Source: the human T2T-CHM13v2.0 reference genome, Homo sapiens
Strand: one strand, 5' to 3'
Length of the DNA: 64,000 nt
Assembly (NCBI RefSeq): GCF_009914755.1
Contig: NC_060944.1
Translations under genes and position numbers: made by a program
In this document: in pieces, positions 1 to 12,935 of the stretch
How positions within the stretch are numbered: the first letter of the stretch is position 1
How the letters are laid out: each line of letters opens with the position of its first letter
Notes under the pieces: model-generated
What the model was told of the DNA's origin: nothing
Databases searched by the model: none
The model's input: the letters and a program-made list of their open reading frames with translations, nothing else

Positions 1-790
1 TCTGCTACCCAGAAGGGGAACACTTCCACCAGAGGATGTAAGTATATCATTAAACTTTATAGCTGTGAATGCCAACTGTGGGCTCCTCATGTCAAGAGAC
101 CAGCAAGCAAGGACTGGAGTCACCATTTTGGAAAGCATCAATTAACCCTGATCATCATGAACAGACAGGGCTGCTGGTAAGCAGTGAGGGCCGGGAGGAA
201 TGTGTGCTGCATCCACTGAGTGCCTCTAGGCGTTCCCTTGCCCAGTTGTAATGGTAAATGGACAAGCATAGCAGCCACAGTCACAGAAGGGCATGGAGAC
301 CAGAGGCTCAGACTCCTCAGGGACAAAGATCTGGGTCACCCCAACAAGGAAGTTTCCTAGACCAGGACAGGTACTGGCTGAGTCTGAGGGAAATCTAGAA
401 TGAAGAATGGGGGAAGGAAAAGATGAGTATCAGCTTCAGTCCTAAGTTAGCTACATTACTAGGAGCTATAGTTCATCCCACTAACTTTCCTCTTGTAAGT
501 TTCCCCAGGAAAAAACATTGAGAAACATGGAAGGCTGAATTTACATGCAGCAAGCAGAACTGAGAGGCACAAACCCCATTCTATAGAGGACGCTAGGACA
601 CTACCCAGATTCCTGCTTCAGGACGGGTGCATGCACTGCATGGGTGGACTGCATTTTGCCTCCTTAGGACTTACTTTTGGGTCCCTCTCCAGAAACAGCT
701 CTTAGCTGATGGCAGCTGCCTGGCCCAAGCTTCAGCCCCTCTTTGAGGACAATGTACATCCAATGATCACTCACTGCAAGGGTACAACGT
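1..790 (+). mobile_element. Degenerate ERVL-class internal sequence followed by an LTR16-like LTR fragment
   Basis: Resembles ERVL/HERV16-type internal 3' sequence; LTR-like start near 582. Recognised by eye, family uncertain. Confidence 0.45.
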
Positions 791-861
791 GAAAGGCTGC
801 TGGACTACAAATCTAAGCATATTCCTTTGAGACAGTATCAATGCACTGAGATATACAGAAG

Positions 862-2070
862 CTCATTCATTTAGCAAATATTAAGCATAGACTACGGGTC
901 TAAACTATTTCAGGAGCTTGATATATATCAGTGAACTAAACACAAGAATTCCTGCCCTTCTGGAGTTTACATTCTAGTGGGAAGAGATATAGTAAACAAT
1001 ATACATAATAAAGTAAATTATGGCCGGCGCAGTGGTTCACGCCTGTAATCCCAGCACTTTGGGAGGCCAAGGCAGGTGGATTACTTGAGGTCAGAAGTTC
1101 GAGACCAGCCTGGCCAACATGGTGAAACCTTGTCTCTACTAAAAATACAAAAATTAGCCGGCTGTGGTGGGCGGGCACCTGTAATTCCAGCTACTCAGGA
1201 GGCTGAGGCATGAGAGTCACTCAAACCTAGGAGGCAGAGGTTGCAGTGAGCCAAGACCACACCCACTTGTACTCCAGCCTGGGTGACAGTGAGACTCCAT
1301 CTCAAAAAAAAAAAGAAAAGAAAGAAAGTAAATTATATGGTATGCTATGAAAAGAAAAAGAGCACAGATAAGAAAGATGAGGGGCACTGAGGAATGGTGG
1401 ATGGCTGCAACTTTAAAATGGGTTGTCCAGGTAGATCTCTTTGAGAAGATGACTTGAAGGAGGAAGCATGCAATTATGTGGGAGGAAAGAATACCAGCAG
1501 AGGGAACCAGTAATGCAGGGGTGGTAAAACGGGCTCAGACCTGGCATGTTTGAGGGACAGCAAGGAGACCAGTGTAGCTGGAGGGAGGGAGTGACAGGAA
1601 GTACAGAAGGAGAGAAGGTCAAGAGGGAAGGGTGGTGGGGCAGAGAGGAGGGGCAGACTACACGTGGCCTTGAAGGCCATTGTGTAAAGATCTTGACTTT
1701 TACTCTGAAGAATATGGGCAGCTATTGAAAGATTTTGATCAGACTAATATGATCACTTCTATGTTGAGAGGACTATTCTCCCTGTCAGGAGACTCCGGCA
1801 ATAATTCAAGTAAGAGATGATGTGGCTCAAGTCAGGGGGTGGCAGTGGAGGTGATGAGAAGATCCTAGATACATTTTAAAGGTGAAGGCAACCTGATTCC
1901 CTGATGTATTGACAAGGGTGTGATAAAAATACAGGACTCATGGATCACTCCAAGGTATAACCATTTATGTAGCATCTAGCTAGTGTAAGTGGATGGGTTT
2001 GGGAGAGCAGTGGGAGTGAGGGAAGGAGTCCAGAAGTTTAGGACATGTTAAGTTTGCGATGTCTAATAGA
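862..2070 (-). mobile_element. LINE-2 3' region, interrupted by an Alu
   Basis: CATTCATTTAGCAAATATT...CCTGCCCTTCTGGAGTTTACATTCTAGTGGG is the reverse complement of the L2 3' end; purine-rich L2-like sequence continues after the Alu. Confidence 0.75.
1022..1324 (+). mobile_element. Full-length Alu (AluS-like) with TSD
   Basis: GGCCGGCGCAGTGG... two monomers and A-tail; target-site duplication AAAGTAAATTAT at 1010-1021 and 1325-1336. Confidence 0.97.
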
Positions 2071-2072
2071 CT

Positions 2073-2425
2073 CTGTAGCAGACTGCTGGTGCTCTGCTGC
2101 CAAACTAGAGATGCCTAGGAGTTTATGTTTTCCCAGAGCAGTGCCTGAAGAATGACTGATAAATGCAGGAATATAATAGCCCAGCTCCCATTTTTTTTGC
2201 ACTGGGGCAAACTACCAACCTTGTGGTGTGAACAGCCCTGTGGATAAGGTTAAAGCCACGCTCCACGGAACTTTGCCTGAGATCACACTTTGCTTTGTTT
2301 CCTCACCTTCTCTGTCCTGTCCTGCTTCACACACCCCCATGCTAGTCTCCTAAGAGTAGCTCCTAATGGATCACATGTACACAAACCCTCGTCTAAGGTC
2401 AGCTGCTGAGGAACCAGATCCAAAA
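2073..2425 (+). mobile_element. ERVL solo LTR (LTR16-like)
   Basis: TGTAGCAGAC start and LTR16/33-type 3' portion; recognised by eye. Confidence 0.5.
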
Positions 2426-2849
2426 TGATGTCCAAGCAGACATGTCAAGCTCATGACAGCTGTTTCAGCTAGAAAAATACACTTGGATGTCAACCAGATG
2501 TAGATGGAATTTAAAGCTACGAGACAGGTTAAGGTCACCAAGAGAGTGAGTTGGTGTTATTCTTTCATCATAGAGATTTCAAGATAGAGGAAAGAGTGAA
2601 AAACTTTCATCTTAAAAGTAATTCAGGGGAGAGTAAAGTTGGCTTATTCTTTTTTAAATATTATGAAACTGTAATTACAATTTCATCATACAAAAAGTCA
2701 GAAGTTAATACTTGAAGCTGGGCCATGGTTGTCCAGGGAATCATTATACCATTCTTATTATTTATGTTCATGATTGAAAATTCCACAATAAAAATTATAT
2801 AAGTAAAATGTAAATACACTCACCTTTAAAAAATAAATAATTGCATAGT

Positions 2850-3240
2850 AAAAAACTAGAAACAATGCAAATGTCCATCAATAAATTTATCGACATGATG
2901 GAATACTATACAGCAATGATTATGACAAACCATAACTACATGAGATAATACAAGTGAATCTTATATTGTTGCACCAAAAAACTCAGACGCAAAAGAGTAC
3001 ATGTTGTATGATTTAATATATGCAAAGTTCAAAAACAGGAAAAATTAACCCACACTGCTAGATAGGAGTGTGGTTATCTTTGGGAGGCTATTGACTGAAG
3101 GGGACATTTGGGGGGCTTCTGTGATGCTGCTGATGTTTTTTTCTTCATCTGGTGCTGGTTACATGAGTGAGTTCACTTTGTAGGATTCATCAATTGTACA
3201 CTTATTGTATGTGTACTTTGCAATATTTACTTTATCATTA
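2850..3240 (+). mobile_element. Old L1 (L1M) 3' UTR fragment
   Basis: AACTAGAAACAATGCAAATGTCCATCAATA...GGAATACTATACAGCAATG...AAAGTTCAAAAACAGG pattern typical of L1M 3' ends. Confidence 0.7.
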
Positions 3241-3876
3241 TGAAAACTCTGAAGAGTCTGTGATTTTAGCCTGCCACAATCTCATGGATACTGGTAGAAG
3301 ACACAAGATCCTAGGTCAGAGACAAAGGACTTTATTATTCACAGGAATCATAAGCTTCTGTTTGTATCAGCTCCCTTTAACCCTCAAGACCCACAGGGGT
3401 GACGTGGAGATTAGCCCTGGTGGAAGCTGCACACGCAGTGCATTTGCATCAGACAATCTTAGCCTAGGAAACATCAGTCTCGTAAAGGGACTCTAAGCAA
3501 ACGCTGCTTAAACTTTGTCTCAGAAGGAGACATTATTTTTATTATACTGCACAGCAAACAAATCTGCCCCTCCTCAGACAGAGACCCATCTCTAACTTCC
3601 AAGGCTATTCACTATATGAACATATTTGAAAAGATAGTCTAGAACAAAACCTGTTAGTGCCTTTGTTCACAAGACTTGCAGAAACATGAGAGATCTATAG
3701 AGAACTGCCTCTCAACAATATTGCAATCAAAATGTACATTTACAAAGTCATTTAGGTAAATCATTACAGACAAGGCCAAAAGGAACTTCGTTTGATATTC
3801 CACTTCTCCAAGTCCCAGAGGTGATCATGGCTTGTTTGGTGCATACCTTTCCAGACTATTAGCTATACAATCACAA

Positions 3877-4610
3877 GTATCTATATCTATATACGTATAG
3901 ATATGTATCTATATATATAGAGAGAGATACATATCTATATAGATACATATCTATATATGGATACCTATATATGTACTATATATATAGTACATATATAGTG
4001 TATATATAGTATACACTAGTATATATATGTATATATAGTATACTATATATAGTATACTATATATAGTATACTATATATGTATAGTATACTATATATAGTA
4101 TACTACATATGTATAGTATACTATATATGTATAGTATACTATACATATGTAGTATACTATATATACATATATACTATATATAGTATACTATACTATACAT
4201 GTACTATATATATACATATACTATACTATACATGTACTATATATACATATACTATATATATGTATAGTATACATATATAGTGTATACTATATATGTATAG
4301 TATACACTATATATGTATATAGTATACACTATATAGTATATATGTACTATATATAGTACATATATAGTATATATACACTATATATGTACTATATATAGTA
4401 TATATGTACTATAGTATATATATACACTCTATATGTACTATAGTACATATATAGTACATATATAGTATATATGTACTCTATATAGTATATAGAGTACATA
4501 TATAGTATACATATATATACACACCCACACCCACACACTATATATGTAGAGAGAGAGACAGAAACAGAGATAGAGACAGAGAGACAGACATAGAGATAGA
4601 GACAGAAAGA
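3877..4610. repeat. Compound low-complexity repeat: TATAG/TAGTA/TATAC-rich tract, then (CA)n and (GA)n
   Basis: Directly visible: about 640 bp of degenerate TA-rich units followed by CA and GA/GACA repeats. Confidence 0.97.
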
Positions 4611-6339
4611 AGTTATTTGGGGGCAGTATGGATTATGAATTAAAAATTTGACATCATTCTCTTCATGTCATTTTGCAACTTGTTTTCGCTTAACAGGATC
4701 TTGGCATTTTTCTTTTCCTTCTTTCCTTGCCACTATATGCCAACAGATCTCCCTTCTTCTAATCTGCTGCCTAGAGAGCCATGGCATGGATGTGCCATGG
4801 TTTAATTAAACATTCCCCTTTTGAATGGGTTCAGTTTTTTCTTTCTCTTATTGCAAACAGTGCTTCAGAGACCATTGTCAGACAGGTCTCTATAAATTTG
4901 TGCAAATATCTACTTAGAGTGGCTTGAGGAAGGACAAAGAAGAAGGACTGCTGTCAAATTTACCCTCCAAAAACATCATCCCAGTTACATCTCAATGGTA
5001 GCTTATGAAAGTGCCATTTCCCCATGACCTTGCCAAAATGAAACATTGTTGTTCACTTTAATTTTTGTCATTTGGAAAGGAAAGAAAAATTACATCTTGT
5101 TGGCATTTTAGTTTGCATTCCCCCAGTCTCTAGTAAAGCTGAACATATTTTCATGCCTTAATTCTTAAATTACCATTTCTTAACATTTATGTGCCCAGAA
5201 CTATAATGGGCACTTTACGTGAACTATTTCATTTTATCTTCACAATTCATTCCTGATATAATAGTGAGGAACGAGCAAATATTTTTTCCCAGGTGACAGA
5301 TGAGTAAACTGAGGCTTAGAAGCTAGGGAACTAGCGTGGATTCACACATCAAGTGTTTATGGCAGCAAACTCCTCCTGCCAATTAATTACACAGTACCTG
5401 TTCTCTTCTTCTTTAGTAAAATAATCCAAACTTTAAGGGGAGCAGCAACGTGTCCAGCTTCAAATTCATACCTCCCAGCCTTCCCTGTAGGTAGAAATGG
5501 TCATGTGATTACATTGTTACCAATGCATTACAGCTGCAAGTTGAGGGTGGAGCTGTTTCCCAAAAGGCTCCTTGAAAGTAGGAGTAGTTCTTTTGCCTTT
5601 CCCTTCCTCCTCCTTCCTCCTTCAGATGAGATGACTGAAACTGCCGCAGTCACTATAGGACCGTGAATAAAGGTGGCGTAGAAAGATAAAAAGAACCCGG
5701 GACATTGATAGCATCATGGGGCCTGTTCTCCTCCACCCTAGTCTACCTACGTCTAGAATTCTGGTTACGTGAGCAAACCCACTCTGCATTTCTGTTATTA
5801 CTGATACAGTGATGGAGCCAGGATTTGAACCAAAGCTATGCTGAGTCATTCCTTCTCATCCAGGTAACACTCTCCACACAAACGCTATACTATTACTACA
5901 GAAGTCACCATCTGTGGCCAATAAAGACTGGAGAAATCTTGCTCCAGCTATTCTTTCTCAGGACAATTGGAGTTGCAAGTCTTGGAAGTAGGAATAATTT
6001 CAACCTCATAACAGCAATAGAAAAGGTAGTGCTTGTGAAAGATAAAAGTAGAAATAGCCTAACACAGCATAACTTTCTTTATTGATAGTATCTACACAGG
6101 GAAATGTGGATTTATAGAAAAGAACAACATGTCAAATGATTACAAACAGAAAGTTCTGATTCTGGCCTCACTGTTGTATTTGCTATTGACCTTAGAAAAA
6201 TAACAGTTTCTATCTGTTTCCCTTTTCTTACAATGTTAATAAAATAGATCTTTGAGCCATGGGCTTGTGATGAGAGTCCAATGATGAAATATACATAAAA
6301 GCTTTTCCAAAAAAAAAATCAACATGTTCGGTGCTCTGA

Positions 6340-8507
6340 ACCTGGAAGGAATCACTATACGAATACTGCATTCCTAGTGTATGTGTAACCCATGCACAGA
6401 GAACCCTGTGGTTATTATTATCAGATTGTAGCGACCCCAATTTTCTTCCTCTTTTTTAGCCATTAAGTAATAGGAGACCCCATGAGACACAGGAATAATG
6501 TCAGAATGGAGCAACATTGTCACAGTGAGGAGTAGGTGTGCCCGTGTATGTGTGTGCATGTGTGTAAGATTTAACCTTTTTCTCATTGAGTTTCATATAT
6601 TTCATGCAAAGGATTGCTGAATATTCATTGATGTATCTAGTATCCACAAGTATGCTATTAGAAATGTATTATTTATCTATATTTTTGAAAGGTTGAAATA
6701 ATTCAGTGTTGATCCTTTGCAAGATAGGTTTGCTACCTTTAAACTGAAGTGACAATAACACCCTTCGGTTTCTCTCAAGTTGTGCTGATATCCTTGATGT
6801 CTCTAACAAACCAGAGACTGCCTGTGAGAATCCTGTATGTCACCATTAAATTGAAAAAGGCTTGAAATATCAAAACCTCACTTCTGGTAGGGAAGGGAAA
6901 CGAGAAAAAAGCAAACCGATGGTTATTCATGAATCACCCCGGGCCTGCCATGATAAATAACAGTGGCCTCTTTCTTCTCTTCGCTGGGCTCGTAATTCTC
7001 TCCCTGAAGGTGTTTTACCTGCACAGGAAGAATTGGGCTGGAGGGATGTCTAGTAAAAATGATTTTTAAAGCCTCTTAAAACGCAAAAGCCTATGTTTGG
7101 GTTATGAGTCATTCTTTTTGCATACAGCAAACAATGTCCAATTAATCTCAGCCGACTGGGGAGATGGGACTAAAACAATTTGCAATGTTTAGTCTGTGGT
7201 TTTGTGACAACCTAGTGATGTTAAGAGAAAATTAAATACTCGATAAAATAGCTTATTTGAAAAGATTACAAGCGAAGGCGTCTAGATTTGGGCTTCTCCT
7301 GCAACATTAAACATGAGGATTCACTGTCCAAATATGGGTTCCGCATATAAGGTAGGAAATATTTATGCCATTTCCACATTAAAAGGGTAGCATATTATTT
7401 GTAATGAAATACAGCAATACAAAAATAATCAGTCAAAGTGCAGCTTCAGTGTGTTTTTATGTAGACGTCTGAATGTCTTTCCATTGTTTCAGCAGAGAGC
7501 TGCTGTTTTCTCCTGCGCTGACAGGCAATGCTATGTGATATGTTGGCAAACAATTTTACTGTTTTCCTCTCTCTTCTTATGAACGATATTTATAGACTCC
7601 GAATTGCATTTGGTTCCGCTTTCCGACACAGTTATCTTCTTGGGCGTGGATTAAATGAAGATCTGGGTGTTGAAAGACATTTACATAAGTGCTGTTTGTG
7701 AACAGGAAGGCCAGTTCTTCTATTATCGCCAGAACATTTAAATCTTAATGACTGGCATTGTTGTCTAAAAGACGGTGTTTTTCCTGCTGAGAAACTGCAT
7801 TAGATTCAAGAAACGAAGCTCATTTCCATTCTCTCAGCAGTCTTCTCTAGAAATGACATGCAGTGCTTGAAACTGTTTATTTCCAAATTCAGGCCTCCCT
7901 CGCATCAGTCATCAGCTTCAATTACCAGTTTTCCGGAGCCGAGCCATCAGGCAGTCTGACACCGGGGTCCGGCCTAATTCCCACCTTCTCCAGAGTCAAG
8001 AGCATAATGTGCGGATGAAAAGGTGCAAAATAGCTTGGACTTCATTAGCATGCAGGGCCTGGCTGTTCATTTGCCGGCTGCGGATGGAAGTTCTGACACT
8101 CGGAGCTTGCTGCAAAATGAGAAAAGTCCTCTTCAGGGGAGATGAGGTCCTTGGTGGTGAGGAAAGGTCATCAAAAAGACAGCCGCTGCCCTTGCTCCCT
8201 GCTCTCCATGACTGCTTATTGATTCCAGGAACACCTCATTACACGCCGGATCAACATATTATTGCCATGTTCTGGGACTGAATTGTTTACAAGTGTCTTT
8301 ATCGCCAGCAAAGGCCTGCCCGGAGATGCATGACTACACTCATTTGGCTGTGACCCGCCAATTATGTGTTATCCGATATGTTGCTGGGTATCTTGATCTT
8401 TGCCCGGGTCTTCTCCTGGCATCAACACAGTCCCATTTACTACTTCTTTCTAACCACTCTTTGGGAAAGTAGCCATTAGCCTGTCAGTGTGTAAATGTGC
8501 GTGTGTG

Positions 8508-8538
<31 letters not shown>

Positions 8539-10260
8539 TACCTCTGCTACAGGAAATCTGAGCATCGATGCTCCATTGCTTGCTATTCATGAGGTGCATA
8601 ATCATTTGGGGGAAAGAAATTCTCACTCACACTCACACACACACACCTTTTTTTATGGCATCCAGGGTAACCCACACAATTTGCAATCAGTATGCACAAC
8701 AGAGAGCATAATGCAGCTTGTTAGCAGCTCCCTCTGCTTACATATAGGCCCGACGAGAGAGCCGTCATATTTTATTTGGGCATAGCTACTGCAAACCACT
8801 GCACAGGACCATTTTAATCTTTCATTACAGACACTTCTATGGCTCCATAAAAGAAAGAGTGGACTAGCAACTTGATTAAAAACTTAGTAAAGAGATTGTG
8901 CAAACCCTCCCATCCCTGAAAAGTGGAGCCACAGCCTTAGTTTCTTACTGACGCCACTCTGCAATGCAAATGTGACTTCCATTTCCCTCCAATGGTGACT
9001 ACTGACATAAATTTAATGATGCTGAGAATTGACAACTTCTATTAATTTTTGTGAATATTGCTTGGAGAAGGTTTAACGACTCCACCAAACATTAGGACCG
9101 TCTCAACCAAATACTAAAAAGGGGTCCATTTCATTTACATTTCCTGTTGCCATCAAGAATGGCTCTTTAATGAGTTTTCCGCAGCAGGATGTAGAGACAC
9201 AGATGCCAAGAAACTTGCCTTTATTTTCTTGGAAGCATATATCCTTGGCAATGGGCACATATTAATATGATGAGTGAACTGAAACTCAAGAATCTAACTG
9301 CCTTCAGAAAAGTGACATCTGTATGCACATTCATTTCCAGCAATTTCCCAGATTTCTTTGGTATTTGTCTTTCTTTAATTTTTTCCAGGTATTTTTTTTC
9401 TCTTTCCAATTTTGAGAGAGGAGTTTTGTAAAGATACTGAGTTCTTTTGGTTCTTTCCAAAATCCCTTAGTTTTGGCTTTCTGACAAATCACTATTAATA
9501 ACTGGAAAAGGCTGATTAAGACCCCCTCGTCAGGGTGCTTCAACTCAATTAAAGAGTCCATCAGGAGATGTTTACTCCACCCAGTGTTCAAGGACTCTGC
9601 TAATTCTGTACTATTCTGTACTATTATCAACCAATAAATACCCTTTGGAAGAGAAAGAGGTGATTGGAAGGATTACTCTTGGTTTATTTCGGGGGGTACT
9701 ATTGCACGAGAAGCTTGATCAAGGGATAAAGATGGAACAAAAAGGAGTGTTTACCAACATTCGTATCTGACGATCAAGTCTCAGTGTGGTTGGAACTCAG
9801 AGAAGGACAAAAAGGGTAACTTTCAATAACTAGGAGTCATCCAAAAGGAAAGGGGCTTCTTTACAAATTTACAAGAAATTGTAATGATGCAGCAGTGGGA
9901 ATGCCCAGGCGGTAGGCACTTTGAGGTTGAATGCCCTAGGTAGAAGGGAGAGCCACATCCAGGAGCTTCTGCCAATTGTTATAACCAGATCATCTGTTAT
10001 TTCAATGATTAAAGATAATTCCTCTCTGTTATGGCTTAAATGGCTCATCTTCTTTATGAATCCCTCAAATTGGCACCAAAAGATTCTTTTCAATTAACAG
10101 AATGGCCAGTCTTCCTAGATCCTCTGGATTTCTTCCCGATCTTTAGGAGTTGCAGGCTTCTATGTATATTTTCTGATGCTGAATAGAAAATGCATACACA
10201 CAGTCTACAAGAACAGTGGTGTGATTAGATGATCAGATGGCAACTAACCCCCAAAAAAGA
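6340..10260. promoter_or_regulatory. Repeat-free, putative conserved enhancer block
   Basis: No recognisable TE over about 4 kb; local CpG retention at about 7900-8400; AP-1 TGAGTCA 7105-7111, SOX AACAATG 7130-7136, octamer ATGCAAAT 8964-8971. Function is inferred. Confidence 0.4.
8496..8538. repeat. (TG)n microsatellite
   Basis: Directly visible, about 21 units with two CG interruptions. Confidence 0.97.
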
Positions 10261-12109
10261 GCTTGTTTTAAAAATCATTTATTAAATACAACTTTGTGCC
10301 AGGAAACTTTCTAGAAAGTTAGCATACATTAACTTATGTATTACTCACAACAACCGGGTGACTTAAGCATTGCTAAAGTTGCTAAGTCACCCACCTTTAC
10401 AGATGGGGAAGCCTTCTTGCACATCTAATAGGGTTTTCCAGTGTGCTCAAGGTCATGTGGCAGAGGCAGAATTAAAACCCGGATGTGACCCATGGCAGAA
10501 CCCACACTCTATTCTGCCTCCCCTAGAGCCAGCATCCACTACACATTTCCAAGAATCCTGTAAAGCACCCTTTTCTGCATACCAGCCAATGTGAATGCAG
10601 AAAGAGTCGCTAGTTGTGATAATAAATATGTCAAAACAATTATCTTTTACCTCTCTGATATCCTTTGCCATGAGGTGGGCTATAGAAGCCTTTGATTGAT
10701 AGACTAAAATAAGTTTTGATACAAAAAGGCAGTTCTGGCCATTTAATTAAAAAGTGGTGGGGGTTGCAGGGAGAACATATTCGGGGAGCTGTAGAAGTGC
10801 CCCCACTGGTCAGTAGGAGCATCTGAGGAAGTCTTGTCAATCTTTGGCTCTTATACTCATCCAACTTGCCTGCAGATCTTCCTTTAGTGGTTCTACTAAA
10901 AACACAACAATACTTAATTCACCTCCTGCGGCCATCGTAGCCAGTTCTCCCACAGCATTACTCTGCCACTGGAAACCTAATGACAAACGGTCCAATCACA
11001 ACACAGGAGACTGGATTCAAAGGCTTGAGGGATATCCATGTACTGACTGGAAACCTGCACAAACATGTTCACAGGTGCTGGAATCTTCCCCTGTCTCATG
11101 TGCTCATTTTTCCCTGCTGTCCATGAGAATGTTAGATACTTTCTGGTGCCTAGGATAATGCATCATTCAGAATGTCTCCCGGACTACTGGCCTGGCTTAA
11201 ATGAAGGGAGATGACTTGTCCACAGGGACACTTCCTCCTCGTTTCTCCTTCCTTCAGCATCAGCAGCCTCTAATCTTCCAGCACATTCATGCTGCCCCAG
11301 TCTCTTCTGTAAGAGAAAGAGAAACACTTGCTCTTATCAGTTCATTTGCACTAAGACACCAGAGATTCAAATGTATACCCTATCCTTCCCTTTCCATCTC
11401 CAACAGGCAGTACTTGTATCATAAAAGAGGGCAATGCTTGACCCAAAGGAATGGTGTGTCATGATGGGGATGGAGGAGAGGTGTGGTATTTGGGAAGGGG
11501 AAGCCTTCCAGGTGATACATTCCAGTGAGAACAAATTTGGCCATTCCTGAAGTAGATGTTTACATCACCTAAGCCTCACTTATGCTGGGAGGATTTCAGA
11601 ATTATTTAATTTTCAGAATCAGCAGTTGAAGACTGTAGAGAAATCTACTAGAAATGAGTTCTACTGATCTAATCTTAACCCAAGGGCAGATATATGCTGG
11701 TCACTCTCTCCACCCAGCCCTTCTGGGTCTTTCTTTCAGCTTTGCACAGACACTCGTGTTGAGACTCCACTATGTACTCAAACTGTACAGAGTGTTCTTG
11801 GAGCTCTAACTTGCATTTTCTGCCCTTGAAGAGCCAACAATAAGAGGCAACAAAAAGTGTCACAAGACAGTAAATGATTAAAGACAAAATAACAAGTGTG
11901 TATAATAAGAAGTGCCCTAGGAGTTGAGGGGTGAGCATGGAAGACCCCCGTGGACTAGCATGATGGGAAAGACTTTCTACATGAAATAGGATAAGAGTGT
12001 GTCTTGGAGATTTGAATAAGTGGAAAGAGGGGTGGGTAAGCATGATAGTATCCGAATATAACCACCCTCAGTTTTTCCCATTCCATGTAGCTCTTCCCAT
12101 CAATAGGAA

Positions 12110-12530
12110 GAGTGGCGGCTCACACCGTAGTCCTAATTGGAGGCTGAAGTGAGCTATGATCTCACTACTGCATGCCAGCCTGGGCCACATGGCCAGATCC
12201 TGTCTGTTAAAAAAATAAATAGTCTGGGCACAATGGCTTACACCTGTATTCCCAGCACTTTGGGAGGCCAAGGTGGGCCGATCACTTGACGTCAGGAGTT
12301 TGAGACCAGCCTGGCCAATGTGGCAAAACCCCATCTGTACTAAAAATACAAAAAATTAGCTGGGCATGGTGGTGCGTGCCTGTAATTCCAGTTACTCAGG
12401 AGGCTGAGGCAGGAGCATCGCTTGAACCCAGGAGGTGAGGTTGCAGTGAGCAGAGATCACGCCACTGCACTCCAGCCTGGGTGATGGAGTGAGACTCTGT
12501 CTCAAAAATAAATAAATAAGTAAATAAAAA
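12110..12530 (+). mobile_element. Deleted Alu monomer fragment (12110-12220) followed by a full-length Alu (12222-12530)
   Basis: Alu consensus motifs and two successive A-rich tails. Confidence 0.93.
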
Positions 12531-12534
12531 GAGG

Positions 12535-12935
12535 AGGAGCCTTTTTCCCTTCCCCTTGAATCTGGCTGCACATTGTGGCTTGCTTTGACCAGTAGAATGA
12601 GATGGGAGTAACAGTCTGGGACTTCTGGTTGCATAGGCCTTAAAAGGACTAGCAGCTTCCACTGCCTCCCGCTTGGAGCCCAGCTGCCATGCAGAAGAGA
12701 AACCCATGCTAGGGTACAGAATGATTAGAGGTCATGTGGAGACAGGCCCTGGGAGGTGAGAGAGTGTCTTGGACTTTCCACATAAATAAGCCCAGCTGAC
12801 CTTTCTTAGAAAAGTGCCCAACAAGCCCTGCTAGAAATTCTGACCAATGGAATTGTGAAAAAAAATAAACTGTTGTTGTTGTAAGTCACTAAGTTTTGGG
12901 GTGATTCATTAAGCAGCAACAGATAAGTGAAACAG
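12535..12935 (+). mobile_element. MaLR LTR (MLT1-like)
   Basis: CCCCTTGAATCTGGCTG...TTTGACCAGTAGAATG...TTGTTGTAAGTCACTAAGTTTTGGGGTGATT typical of MLT1. Confidence 0.7.

Noticed and set aside
4077-4280. Tyr/Ile-rich ORF (also 37620-37957 and 60423-60937)
   Set aside because: Translations of microsatellite or low-complexity DNA.
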